Assembly: GCA_001510275.1 (NCBI GenBank)
Contig: LFEY01000028.1
Coordinates: forward strand, 10,607-42,606
Direction of reading: 5' to 3'
DNA: 32,000 nucleotides
Source of the DNA: Thaumarchaeota archaeon casp-thauma3
GTDB lineage: Archaea; Thermoproteota; Nitrososphaeria; Nitrososphaerales; Nitrosopumilaceae
The notes beneath the pieces were generated by a model. The model ran no database searches, was not told the origin of the DNA, and saw only the letters and a list, made by a program, of their open reading frames with translations. Below, in pieces: positions 25,014 through 32,000 of the stretch; the stretch's first letter is position 1; every line of letters begins with the position of its first letter. Made by a program: the position numbers and the translations under genes.

Positions 25014-25823
25014 CTATTTTGTAGTAACTTCCATTCCATGTTGCGATTTAATGATATACTTGTCTCTTATCTTAACGCTAACCCAATCAATTATCAAAAC
25101 TGTAACTAACACTACTAACATGAAAACTGCAGCTTTTCCATATTCAAAGAATTTAATATAATTAATAATGTAAAACCCAATTCCACCTGCACCAACTAAT
25201 CCCAAAATACTAGTTTGACGAATATTATAATCAAACATGTATAGCAGTTGGCTAAGTAAATGAGAAGATGATTCAGGAATTACAACATAGCGAATCAGTT
25301 GTGATTTTGAAACACCAATAGATTCAACTGCATCCATAGGATCAGAATCAATTGTTTCAATTGCTTCGTATTGTAATTTTGCAACAAATCCAATTGTATA
25401 CATAATAATTGCCAAGACTCCTGCAAAAGGACCCAAACCAACCATAATTACAAATAAGATTGCCCATAGAATTGATGGGAATGTACGAATAGCTGCTAAT
25501 AATGCTCGAATTGGAGCATAAACAAATTTGCTGTTAAGATTTCTTGCAGCAAGCATACTTAGTGGTAATGCAATTGCAAACCCAATTATTGTTCCAATAA
25601 ATGCCATTTGAATGGTTTCAAACATTGCCCAAATAGCAGTTGGAACATATTTTGGTTCGACAAGAAGCATTTCTTCAACAACGATTGCAAGATTAGGTAC
25701 ACCTTTAACAAAATCAATAGGGTTAGCATCAACATTGTAAGATGCAATTACTACTAATCCAATTATAATTCCAATAACGATATTATTTTTTGGTGTCACC
25801 AGCATACATCTCCATAATATCAT
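25014..25823 (-). CDS. phnE: Phosphonate/phosphite-type ABC transporter permease
   Basis: 269 aa with multiple TM helices. It has an EAA-like loop EAIETIDSDPMDAVESIGVSKSQLIRYVVIP typical of PhnE, and it lies downstream of phnC. The start is uncertain: the track start overlaps phnC by 41 nt, and ATG 25805 is an alternative. Confidence 0.82.
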   Translation of the reverse strand: MILWRCMLVTPKNNIVIGIIIGLVVIASYNVDANPIDFVKGVPNLAIVVEEMLLVEPKYVPTAIWAMFETIQMAFIGTIIGFAIALPLSMLAARNLNSKFVYAPIRALLAAIRTFPSILWAILFVIMVGLGPFAGVLAIIMYTIGFVAKLQYEAIETIDSDPMDAVESIGVSKSQLIRYVVIPESSSHLLSQLLYMFDYNIRQTSILGLVGAGGIGFYIINYIKFFEYGKAAVFMLVVLVTVLIIDWVSVKIRDKYIIKSQHGMEVTTK

Positions 25824-26613
25824 CAGAAGTCATATCCCCTGTTTGAAAATCAACTATAGTGTCACCTTCAACTCCAATCTCTAGAATTTTTTGCCCTTCT
25901 TTGATAACTGCAACTCGATTTGCATATTCTAATGCTAATTGCATATCATGGTGAACCATAATTGCTGTCAGATTCATTCGTTTTTGAGCATCTGCAACCA
26001 AATCCATAATCTCATGTGCAGTTACATGATCTAATTCTGAAACAATTTCATCTGCCAGTAATATTGTGGGTTTTTGCATTAATGCTCTAGCAATAGCAAC
26101 TCTTCGCTTTTCGCCACCACTGAGCATGTAGGCTTTTCTATCTTCTTTTCCAGATAATCCAACTAAATTTAGAATTCTTTTTGCTTCTTTAATTTCATGT
26201 TCTGGAAATTTTTTGAATAATGATTGCATTTTAGACAATCTTGGTAATGCACCAAGTAGTGTATTTTCAAGAACTGAGATATTTTTTACCAGTCCAAGAC
26301 TTTGAGGAATGTAACCAATTGTGTGCATCATGTTTTTGAATTTTTTATTATTCATGTTAGGAGAAACATAATCTATTTTGATTGTTCCCTTGCTAGGATT
26401 CATCATTCCATTCATTAATTTGAGTAAAGTAGATTTTCCAGAACCAGATTGTCCTATAATTGCATAATTTGTTCCCCTATCAATTGATATGTTAATTCCT
26501 TTTAATGCAAAATTTTTAGAATCATAAGATGTCCAAACATCATTCATCTGAATAATTTTTTTTGTGGAAATTAATGAAAAAGAAGGATTTTGAATCATCT
26601 GAATTTGTGTCAT
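25783..26613 (-). CDS. phnC: Phosphonate/phosphite-type ABC transporter ATP-binding protein
   Basis: 276 aa. It has Walker A GQSGSGKST, the ABC signature LSGGEKRRVAIARAL and Walker B ILLADE. Its position between phnD and phnE supports the subfamily. Confidence 0.88.
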   Translation of the reverse strand: MTQIQMIQNPSFSLISTKKIIQMNDVWTSYDSKNFALKGINISIDRGTNYAIIGQSGSGKSTLLKLMNGMMNPSKGTIKIDYVSPNMNNKKFKNMMHTIGYIPQSLGLVKNISVLENTLLGALPRLSKMQSLFKKFPEHEIKEAKRILNLVGLSGKEDRKAYMLSGGEKRRVAIARALMQKPTILLADEIVSELDHVTAHEIMDLVADAQKRMNLTAIMVHHDMQLALEYANRVAVIKEGQKILEIGVEGDTIVDFQTGDMTSDDIMEMYAGDTKK

Positions 26614-26630
26614 ATCATGTATGCTAGTTT

Positions 26631-27626
26631 TTATTTGCTATAGTTGGATTGGTCAAGAATTAACTGATCAAGACCAGTTAATGCGTTGATAAAGTCCCCA
26701 AACTCACCAATATGCATAGTAGTAGTTGTTGGAACTAGAGCTTCTGCACCATACAAATCTGTCAAAATAGAATTGTTTTCATCATAATTGAGTTCGATTA
26801 GAGCATAAACTAATGCATTACGAGTTGATTGAGACATTTCATCACTTACCATGAATACATGTGATGGTACAGGTCCAATGGTTGTAACTGACCGTAATTT
26901 TGCTTGGTCTTCTAATTCAAGATATTTTTGAGGGGCAATATCAGAACCAAATGCTACATCCACATTACCATTAAGAAGTAACTGTAAAGCTGCTTTGTAA
27001 CCTCCTGCAAAAGTATAGCTTTCAAAATTATTTGCCAGTGCAGACTCTAAAGCAACAATGTCATCACCTTCAATAGTAATATGACCTGCAGTTACCAAAG
27101 TTCCCATAGGTCTTACAAAACCAGACGAACCAGTAATACTGGTAAATGCAACTCTTTTGCCAACAGTATCTTCTAATGAGTTAATAGAATCATTCTCAGC
27201 TAAAGCCCAAACTGTAGCTTGATAATTTACTTTTCCTGCAACAAGTTCTGCCAATACAGCTTCTGCACCTGTTCTTTGATGAGTAATCCATGCAGGTCCA
27301 GTATCCATAAAGGCAGCATCAATGTGACCAAATCTCATTCCTTCAATAATAGTCTCATAATTTGTTGGAACAACTATTTCTACATCAACACCAATCTTCT
27401 TCTCAAGAAATTTTTCTAGCGCTTGTGCTTTTGGAGTTAATTCATCAGCTTTTTCAACTGGAATGAATCCGATAGTGATAGTATCCACATCAATAGATTC
27501 AGATGAAACGCTAATGATTTCATCAGTTGATAAAGAATTAGAATTATTATCTAGATTGCCCAATGCATTACCTCCAAGAAATGCAGCAATTACAATTACG
27601 GATGCCAAAATTATTTGTTTTTTCAT
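26631..27626 (-). CDS. phnD: Phosphonate/phosphite-type ABC transporter substrate-binding protein with an N-terminal membrane anchor or signal
   Basis: 331 aa. It has the N-terminal hydrophobic segment IILASVIVIAAFLGG and a PhnD-like core (ITIGFIPVE ..., GHIDAAFMDTGPAW, TSITGSSGF). Confidence 0.82.
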   Translation of the reverse strand: MKKQIILASVIVIAAFLGGNALGNLDNNSNSLSTDEIISVSSESIDVDTITIGFIPVEKADELTPKAQALEKFLEKKIGVDVEIVVPTNYETIIEGMRFGHIDAAFMDTGPAWITHQRTGAEAVLAELVAGKVNYQATVWALAENDSINSLEDTVGKRVAFTSITGSSGFVRPMGTLVTAGHITIEGDDIVALESALANNFESYTFAGGYKAALQLLLNGNVDVAFGSDIAPQKYLELEDQAKLRSVTTIGPVPSHVFMVSDEMSQSTRNALVYALIELNYDENNSILTDLYGAEALVPTTTTMHIGEFGDFINALTGLDQLILDQSNYSK

Positions 27627-27670
27627 GATTAACTAAAATCCTTAGGATAAGCTAAGTTATTTAAAGCAGA

Positions 27671-27706
27671 TTCTCATTCTATATATTCATTCCAAGTCTA
27701 TAGAAT
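27671..27706. promoter_or_regulatory. Candidate operator in the phnD upstream region: 11-mer TTCTCATTCTA overlapping an 8-bp inverted repeat ATTCTATA-N15-TATAGAAT
   Basis: Read directly: the 11-mer is at 27671-27681 and the IR arms at 27676-27683 and 27699-27706. The same 11-mer recurs at 28478-28488 upstream of the tandem regulator genes. A TATA-like TTTAAATAA (coding-strand sense) lies between it and the phnD ATG. Confidence 0.4.
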
Positions 27707-27741
27707 AAGAATAGAAATCACTAATAGTTCTAATTGATTTT

Positions 27742-28092
27742 TTAAAAATTTGATTTAGGATTAGATGTATTTGGATATAAATTCAAACTAGGCTCCGAGT
27801 TCTCTAAAGTGATTTCAACTTTACCAATTCTACTACGGTACTGTTTGATTTTTTTGCCTTCTGATGAAATGATGTATTTATCTACCTCAACAAGTGCAAG
27901 ATCTTCTAAATTAGACAATGTTTTGTAAACAGTAGAAAGTGAAATTTTTAGTTCGTCTGCAATTTGGGTTGCATCTTTTGATTCGGTTTTGACTGAAAAT
28001 AATACAGCCCTAGTACAGATATTGCTAAGAGACTCAATAATTTTTTGAGTGATGTCAAATTCAGATAGTTGGATAATATTTGGCTTTGACAT
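27742..28092 (-). CDS. Winged-helix transcriptional regulator (ArsR/TrmB-like), paralog 2
   Basis: The track ORF starts at GTG 28101. ATG 28092 gives MSKPNIIQLSEFDITQKIIESL..., which aligns residue-for-residue with the upstream paralog's MSRRLTLPQLKKYDITQKVIELL. The HTH segment is DATQIADELKISLSTVYKTLSNLEDLALV. Confidence 0.75.
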   Translation of the reverse strand: MSKPNIIQLSEFDITQKIIESLSNICTRAVLFSVKTESKDATQIADELKISLSTVYKTLSNLEDLALVEVDKYIISSEGKKIKQYRSRIGKVEITLENSEPSLNLYPNTSNPKSNF

Positions 28093-28101
28093 TAGAATCA
28101 C

Positions 28102-28431
28102 TCAATTAGGAATTAGTGTAAGGGTAGGTTCAGGTTTTTTAATGGAAATTTCAGCTTTGCTGATTCGGCTACGGTAAACTTTGAATTTTCTGCCTTTATC
28201 AGATATCATCCATTGTTCTACTTTGATTAGTGTAAGTTCTTCAAGGTCTGCTAATTTTTTATATACAGAGCTAAGAGGGATTTTGAGTTTATCAGAAAGT
28301 TCTGCTGCAGTACTTCCTTTTTTAATTATTGAAAATAAAATTGCACGAGATTCAGAATCAGCTAATAGTTCTATGACTTTTTGAGTAATATCATATTTTT
28401 TTAATTGGGGTAATGTTAGTCGCCTTGACAT
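28102..28431 (-). CDS. Winged-helix transcriptional regulator (ArsR/TrmB-like), paralog 1
   Basis: 109 aa. The HTH segment is TAAELSDKLKIPLSSVYKKLADLEELTLI, followed by the wing GRKFKVYRS. It is roughly 45% identical by eye to the downstream gene. Confidence 0.75.
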   Translation of the reverse strand: MSRRLTLPQLKKYDITQKVIELLADSESRAILFSIIKKGSTAAELSDKLKIPLSSVYKKLADLEELTLIKVEQWMISDKGRKFKVYRSRISKAEISIKKPEPTLTLIPN

Positions 28432-28477
28432 GTAATAACAAAAAATATTGTACGAATATTTAAACGACGTGTTTTTG

Positions 28478-28488
28478 TTCTCATTCTA
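28478..28488. promoter_or_regulatory. Second copy of the 11-mer TTCTCATTCTA, upstream of the TATA-like box of the regulator pair
   Basis: Read directly. It is followed by GAGAGTAAGAATA, giving ATTCT-N9-AGAAT. It lies in the 71-bp spacer between the cbtA stop and the regulator ATG. Confidence 0.4.
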
Positions 28489-28502
28489 GAGAGTAAGAAT
28501 AA

Positions 28503-29234
28503 TTAATTATAAGATGGAGTAGTTTCCGTATGAGTGTCAAAACGATTCCAAAAGAATCCAAGAATTACACCTATTGACGCCCAGAAAGAAGTTACTCCAA
28601 GAACAGACATTAGCCTAAACTCATTTACCAAATTCATCGGGGCTGTGATTTCATCTGGATTATCTGGCATTACAAAGAAAACCAGAGAAATAAAAATACC
28701 ATATCCAAGCAGTGCTACAAATTTTTTGTTGTTTTGGAATCTCTTGGATAATTTGTAAAACCCGACTACACTAAATCCAGAAATTGCAATAAAAGAAAGA
28801 TACAAGATTGCTCTTAATACTACAGTTTCAGCATCACCTACAGTGGGAGGGTTTGCAGGATATTTGAAAAAAGGAATCAAATACATTGCAAACCACATAA
28901 TTCCAGCCAAAACAATTGCTTTTTTGATATTATTGTTTCCTGGTAATGAACTTCTAGCTAATGCAAATACTATACCAAATAATGCACCAAGAGATGTTCC
29001 CAAAATTGCCCCCGCAAGGATCTGTCCACTTTTTTGCCACACTCTATACCCTTCATACTCTACCCAAAATTCAGGAGTATCTTTTTCATCACCTGATGCA
29101 AATAGATTTCTATTTTCAATTTCAATGGCTTGATCAAGGTATGGTTCTACAATTACAAAATTCACAGTACCATGAATAGTACCTGCAATTGCACCTGAAA
29201 TTAAAACAATAATAATAAAATGAACTGTTTTCAT
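28503..29234 (-). CDS. cbtA: Cobalt transporter subunit CbtA (predicted)
   Basis: 243 aa. It has an N-terminal TM helix, then FVIVEPYLDQAIEIEN (compare the conserved CbtA E-P-x-V/L-D-x-A-I-x-x-E block) and several further TM helices. It lies immediately downstream of cbtB. Confidence 0.72.
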   Translation of the reverse strand: MKTVHFIIIVLISGAIAGTIHGTVNFVIVEPYLDQAIEIENRNLFASGDEKDTPEFWVEYEGYRVWQKSGQILAGAILGTSLGALFGIVFALARSSLPGNNNIKKAIVLAGIMWFAMYLIPFFKYPANPPTVGDAETVVLRAILYLSFIAISGFSVVGFYKLSKRFQNNKKFVALLGYGIFISLVFFVMPDNPDEITAPMNLVNEFRLMSVLGVTSFWASIGVILGFFWNRFDTHTETTPSYN

Positions 29235-29246
29235 AATGCTAAATTC

Positions 29247-29477
29247 CTAATGACAAGGAAATCCAGATGCATGTCTCATATCGTGAGTAAGTTCATGGAT
29301 GTAAAGATCTTCAAATGCTTGATCACCATAAACTAGACTAAAGATATGCCCTTGATCAAATCCTACAACAAATAATCCTGCTGTAAAGACTATGGCCAAT
29401 GCCATTATTGCCAGTTTAGAAATACCAGTCTTTGATGCATAAATTTGGCTTGATTCAGACATGAAATTAAGCAGCAT
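29247..29477 (-). CDS. cbtB: Cobalt transporter subunit CbtB (predicted)
   Basis: 76 aa (or 71 aa from the second Met) with one TM helix. The C-terminus HELTHDMRHASGFPCH matches the CbtB hallmark HD-x-RH-x-x-GFPCH. Confidence 0.75.
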   Translation of the reverse strand: MLLNFMSESSQIYASKTGISKLAIMALAIVFTAGLFVVGFDQGHIFSLVYGDQAFEDLYIHELTHDMRHASGFPCH

Positions 29478-29577
29478 TTGAATATATTTAAGCTCTTGGA
29501 TATTTTCAATATCAATTCAAGGATCGTTAATTGATCTGTTTAAGATACTTTATACTAGAAACATATTTCGTCAGATT

Positions 29578-30222
29578 ATGACAAAAATATACCTCTTGGC
29601 AATACCGGTAGTAATAGGAATTGTCACAGGAATGTTTTTGGTATTTTATCCAGAATCAGAAAATGATTCGGCATTACTAACTACTTCAAAATTAATTAAT
29701 AATGGTTCTCCAATAATTGGAGACTTAAATGCACCAATTACTATTTTAGAATGGGGAGATTACCAATGTACTTTTTGTTACAAATTTCATCAAAACACAC
29801 TAGATACCATTAATGATAATTTTATCAAAACAGGTAAAGTAAAACTAGTCTTCAAAGACTTTCCTCTAAATGGCCCTGATTCGGTATTAGCAGCAGAAGC
29901 AGCATATTGTGCAGAAGATCAAGAAAAATATTGGCAATATCATGATGAACTTTACAAGAACTGGGGTGGAGAAAGAACAGGGTGGATCACACGAGAATCA
30001 CTAGATAGATTTGCAGTTACAATTAATTTGGATTTAGAGGAATTCAACACATGCCTTGATGAGCACAGATATCAAAACAAGGTCATTGAATTATACGAAT
30101 TTGGAAAAAAAGTAGGAATTGATGCAACCCCATCATTTTTGGTCTTTAATGATCAAAAAATTATCAAAATTAGAGGAAATCAGCCTCTAGAAGTATTTCT
30201 AAAAATATTTGATGAATTGTAA
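29578..30222 (+). CDS. DsbA-like thiol:disulfide oxidoreductase (thioredoxin fold) with an N-terminal membrane anchor
   Basis: 214 aa. It has the TM helix IYLLAIPVVIGIVTGMFLVF, the active site WGDYQCTFCYKF (CxxC) and the cis-Pro region GIDATPSF. Confidence 0.8.
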   Translation: MTKIYLLAIPVVIGIVTGMFLVFYPESENDSALLTTSKLINNGSPIIGDLNAPITILEWGDYQCTFCYKFHQNTLDTINDNFIKTGKVKLVFKDFPLNGPDSVLAAEAAYCAEDQEKYWQYHDELYKNWGGERTGWITRESLDRFAVTINLDLEEFNTCLDEHRYQNKVIELYEFGKKVGIDATPSFLVFNDQKIIKIRGNQPLEVFLKIFDEL

Positions 30223-30279
30223 TTTTAGAAAAATTGAAACAATCAAAATTAATATTCGCATATTAAGGAGAAATCACAA

Positions 30280-31563
30280 ATGAAGAAGAAAATAGATGTA
30301 GAAAAACAAGATTCAGTTAAACTCTATAAAATCAGAAAGACACTAGAAGAATTATCTCACAAATCAGGTAGAGGGACTGAGCTTATCACAGTATACATTC
30401 CAAAAGGAAAACAACTTCATGAAATAATTAGTTCACTCCAACAAGAACAAGGAACTGCAGACAACATCAAATCAGATCTTACAAGATCACACGTAGTTGA
30501 TTCTTTAGGTAAAGTTGTTCAAAGACTAAAACTGTACAAAAAAACTCCAGAGAAAGGATTAGTAATGTTCTGTGGTGCACTACCACCAGAAGAAGGAGGC
30601 CCTTTAGGAAGTGAAGTTGTTACAATATGGGAAGTAGACCCACCAAAAGATTTGAATCAGTATCTATACAGATGTGATGATCATTTTCATGTAGATATTC
30701 TAAAAGACATGCTAAAAGATGACAACCTCATAGGATTTTTAGCAATCGATGCAAAAGATGCAGGTTGGGGATTATTACATGGAGATAGAATTGAAGTGTT
30801 ATCCCAAACAGGTTCTGGAGTAGCAGGAAAACACAGACAAGGAGGACAATCTGCAAAAAGATTTCAAAAACTCAGAGAGATGGAGTTAAGTTATTTTTAC
30901 AATAGAGTAGCTCAAACTACAAGAGAATACTTTATCGATATTTACCCAGTAAAAGGATTAATAATTTCAGGCCCAGGACCTACAAAAGAAGATTTCATTA
31001 ATGGAAATTATTTAGAATATAGATTACAAAATAATATCATAGATACAATTGATGCATCATATTCAGGCGCAGAAGGAATCAGAGAAGCATTTGCAAAGTC
31101 TTCAGAAATTTTAGGAGGTTTCAGAATGGTAGAAGAAAAGAAACTAATTGAAGATTTATTCAGAGAAATAAACTCCAATACTGGAAAAGGATCTTATGGA
31201 TTACAGGAAGTCATTGAATATTTAAAAAATAATGTTGTAAAAACTCTAATCATCACAGACAATACAAACTTGAATAGGGTTGAAGGTAAATGTAAGCGAT
31301 GTAAACACATTCAAGAAGAAATTTTAGAGAGACCATTAGTTATTCCAAAAAAGACAGAGTATTCAAACAAGCCATGCCCGGGATGTAATGCAATGGAAGT
31401 AGAGGTAAACGAACAAGACATTGTAGACTATCTAGAATTACTTGCAGCAAAAACAGGAACTCAGTTAGAGGTTATTTCTGGAAGTGCAGAACATGGGAAC
31501 ATGCTTGCTAGTCTTGGAAAGATTGGAGCAATTCTAAGATATAATCCTGGACATTCTAAGTAA
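30280..31563 (+). CDS. prf1: Peptide chain release factor aRF1
   Basis: 427 aa. It has the NIKS stop-codon recognition motif (GTADNIKS) and the GGQ peptidyl-hydrolysis motif (HRQGGQSAKRF). The C-domain carries a CxxC-N24-CxxC insert. Confidence 0.95.
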   Translation: MKKKIDVEKQDSVKLYKIRKTLEELSHKSGRGTELITVYIPKGKQLHEIISSLQQEQGTADNIKSDLTRSHVVDSLGKVVQRLKLYKKTPEKGLVMFCGALPPEEGGPLGSEVVTIWEVDPPKDLNQYLYRCDDHFHVDILKDMLKDDNLIGFLAIDAKDAGWGLLHGDRIEVLSQTGSGVAGKHRQGGQSAKRFQKLREMELSYFYNRVAQTTREYFIDIYPVKGLIISGPGPTKEDFINGNYLEYRLQNNIIDTIDASYSGAEGIREAFAKSSEILGGFRMVEEKKLIEDLFREINSNTGKGSYGLQEVIEYLKNNVVKTLIITDNTNLNRVEGKCKRCKHIQEEILERPLVIPKKTEYSNKPCPGCNAMEVEVNEQDIVDYLELLAAKTGTQLEVISGSAEHGNMLASLGKIGAILRYNPGHSK

Positions 31564-31975
31564 GAATATCCCGTATCTTTTTTGCAAGTTTTGAGAGATC
31601 ATCATCATTTGAGATTTGACGTTTTGTCCATACTGTACCTTTGTGATTATATCGCGGAATAATATGTATGTGAACATGTGGAATAATTTGTTTAGCTGCT
31701 CTGCCATTATTTTGACCAAGACTAAATGCATCTGCACTTGTTGCATCTAAAATCGCCTTTGCTATTTTTGGAACAAGTGAAAAGACATTGCCAACATCTT
31801 CTGGAGTCATATCAGTTATTTTTTCATGATGTTTTCTAGGAAGAACTAAAGTATGTCCAACATCAATTGGGTACTTGTCTAAAAATGCAACATGAGAATC
31901 ATCCTCGTATAGAAAATGTCCATCTTTTTTTCCATCTAAAATATCACAAAAAAGACAATCCATAAAGATCAGCAA
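31556..31975 (-). CDS. HIT (histidine triad) family nucleotide hydrolase/transferase
   Basis: 139 aa. It has the N-terminus CLFCDIL and the histidine triad HVHIHIIPR. Its 3' end overlaps the aRF1 3' end by 8 nt (convergent). Confidence 0.9.
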   Translation of the reverse strand: MLIFMDCLFCDILDGKKDGHFLYEDDSHVAFLDKYPIDVGHTLVLPRKHHEKITDMTPEDVGNVFSLVPKIAKAILDATSADAFSLGQNNGRAAKQIIPHVHIHIIPRYNHKGTVWTKRQISNDDDLSKLAKKIRDILT

Positions 31976-32000
31976 TTTGTGATTTTATTTATTGTTTTTA

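Noticed and set aside
2309-31746. Track ORFs lying antisense to, or out of frame within, well-supported genes: 2309-2572, 2596-2781, 4303-4539, 4536-4799, 9207-9419, 11597-11836, 12465-12650, 13016-13234, 14085-14291, 18248-18493, 19968-20162, 24153-24368, 24362-24556, 27219-27419, 28181-28384, 28534-28758, 28843-29133, 28961-29179, 31534-31746
   Set aside because: Each is fully embedded in a longer ORF that has clear family motifs. Their products are low-complexity or Cys/Phe/Leu/Ser-rich, as expected for shadow frames in AT-rich DNA.
1-32000. Search for CRISPR arrays, IS elements, rRNA, prophage or a compositional island
   Set aside because: I saw no regularly spaced repeats, no transposase or integrase-like ORFs and no rRNA-like GC-rich stretches. 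The only GC-rich segment is the tRNA. AT-richness and codon style look uniform across the window.

Overview
This is an AT-rich (roughly one-third GC by eye), very gene-dense archaeal chromosome segment. The gene content points to archaea: aRF1 with NIKS and GGQ motifs, archaeal PurP, and an archaeal-type AspRS fused into an operon with GatCAB. TATA-like boxes sit about 25-30 nt upstream of many start codons, which suggests leaderless mRNAs. Many convergent genes abut or overlap at their stop codons. Together these resemble marine ammonia-oxidising Thaumarchaeota (Nitrosopumilus-like), but that is inference, since no search was possible. I support about 45 protein genes and one tRNA-Phe(GAA). 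Recognisable functions: purine synthesis (purK, purE, purP); threonine dehydratase; the aspS-gatCAB transamidation operon; an AMP-forming acyl-CoA synthetase; an aminotransferase; a PduO-type cobalamin adenosyltransferase; the cbtBA cobalt transporter; a phnDCE-type ABC transporter; DsbA-like, HIT, HD and VOC proteins; a class III nucleotidyl cyclase; and several small regulators. I see no rRNA, CRISPR array, transposase, integrase or compositional island. The window looks like core genome rather than an accessory island, and I do not see a clear-cut novel multi-gene system. The most interesting items are: (1) a diverged paralog pair of tiny Lys-rich/acidic-tail proteins with a strictly conserved C-terminal block; (2) a 40-aa Zn-ribbon ORF coupled to a sensor-less class III cyclase with an Arg-to-Lys change in the catalytic motif; (3) tandem paralogous winged-helix regulators whose own promoter and the adjacent phnD promoter share an 11-mer; (4) two overlapping stand-alone RAM-domain genes upstream of a VOC enzyme; (5) an unusually long 413-bp spacer holding a possible 28-aa basic peptide gene, a hairpin and a 15-nt direct repeat. 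All family assignments come from motif recognition by eye and need database confirmation.
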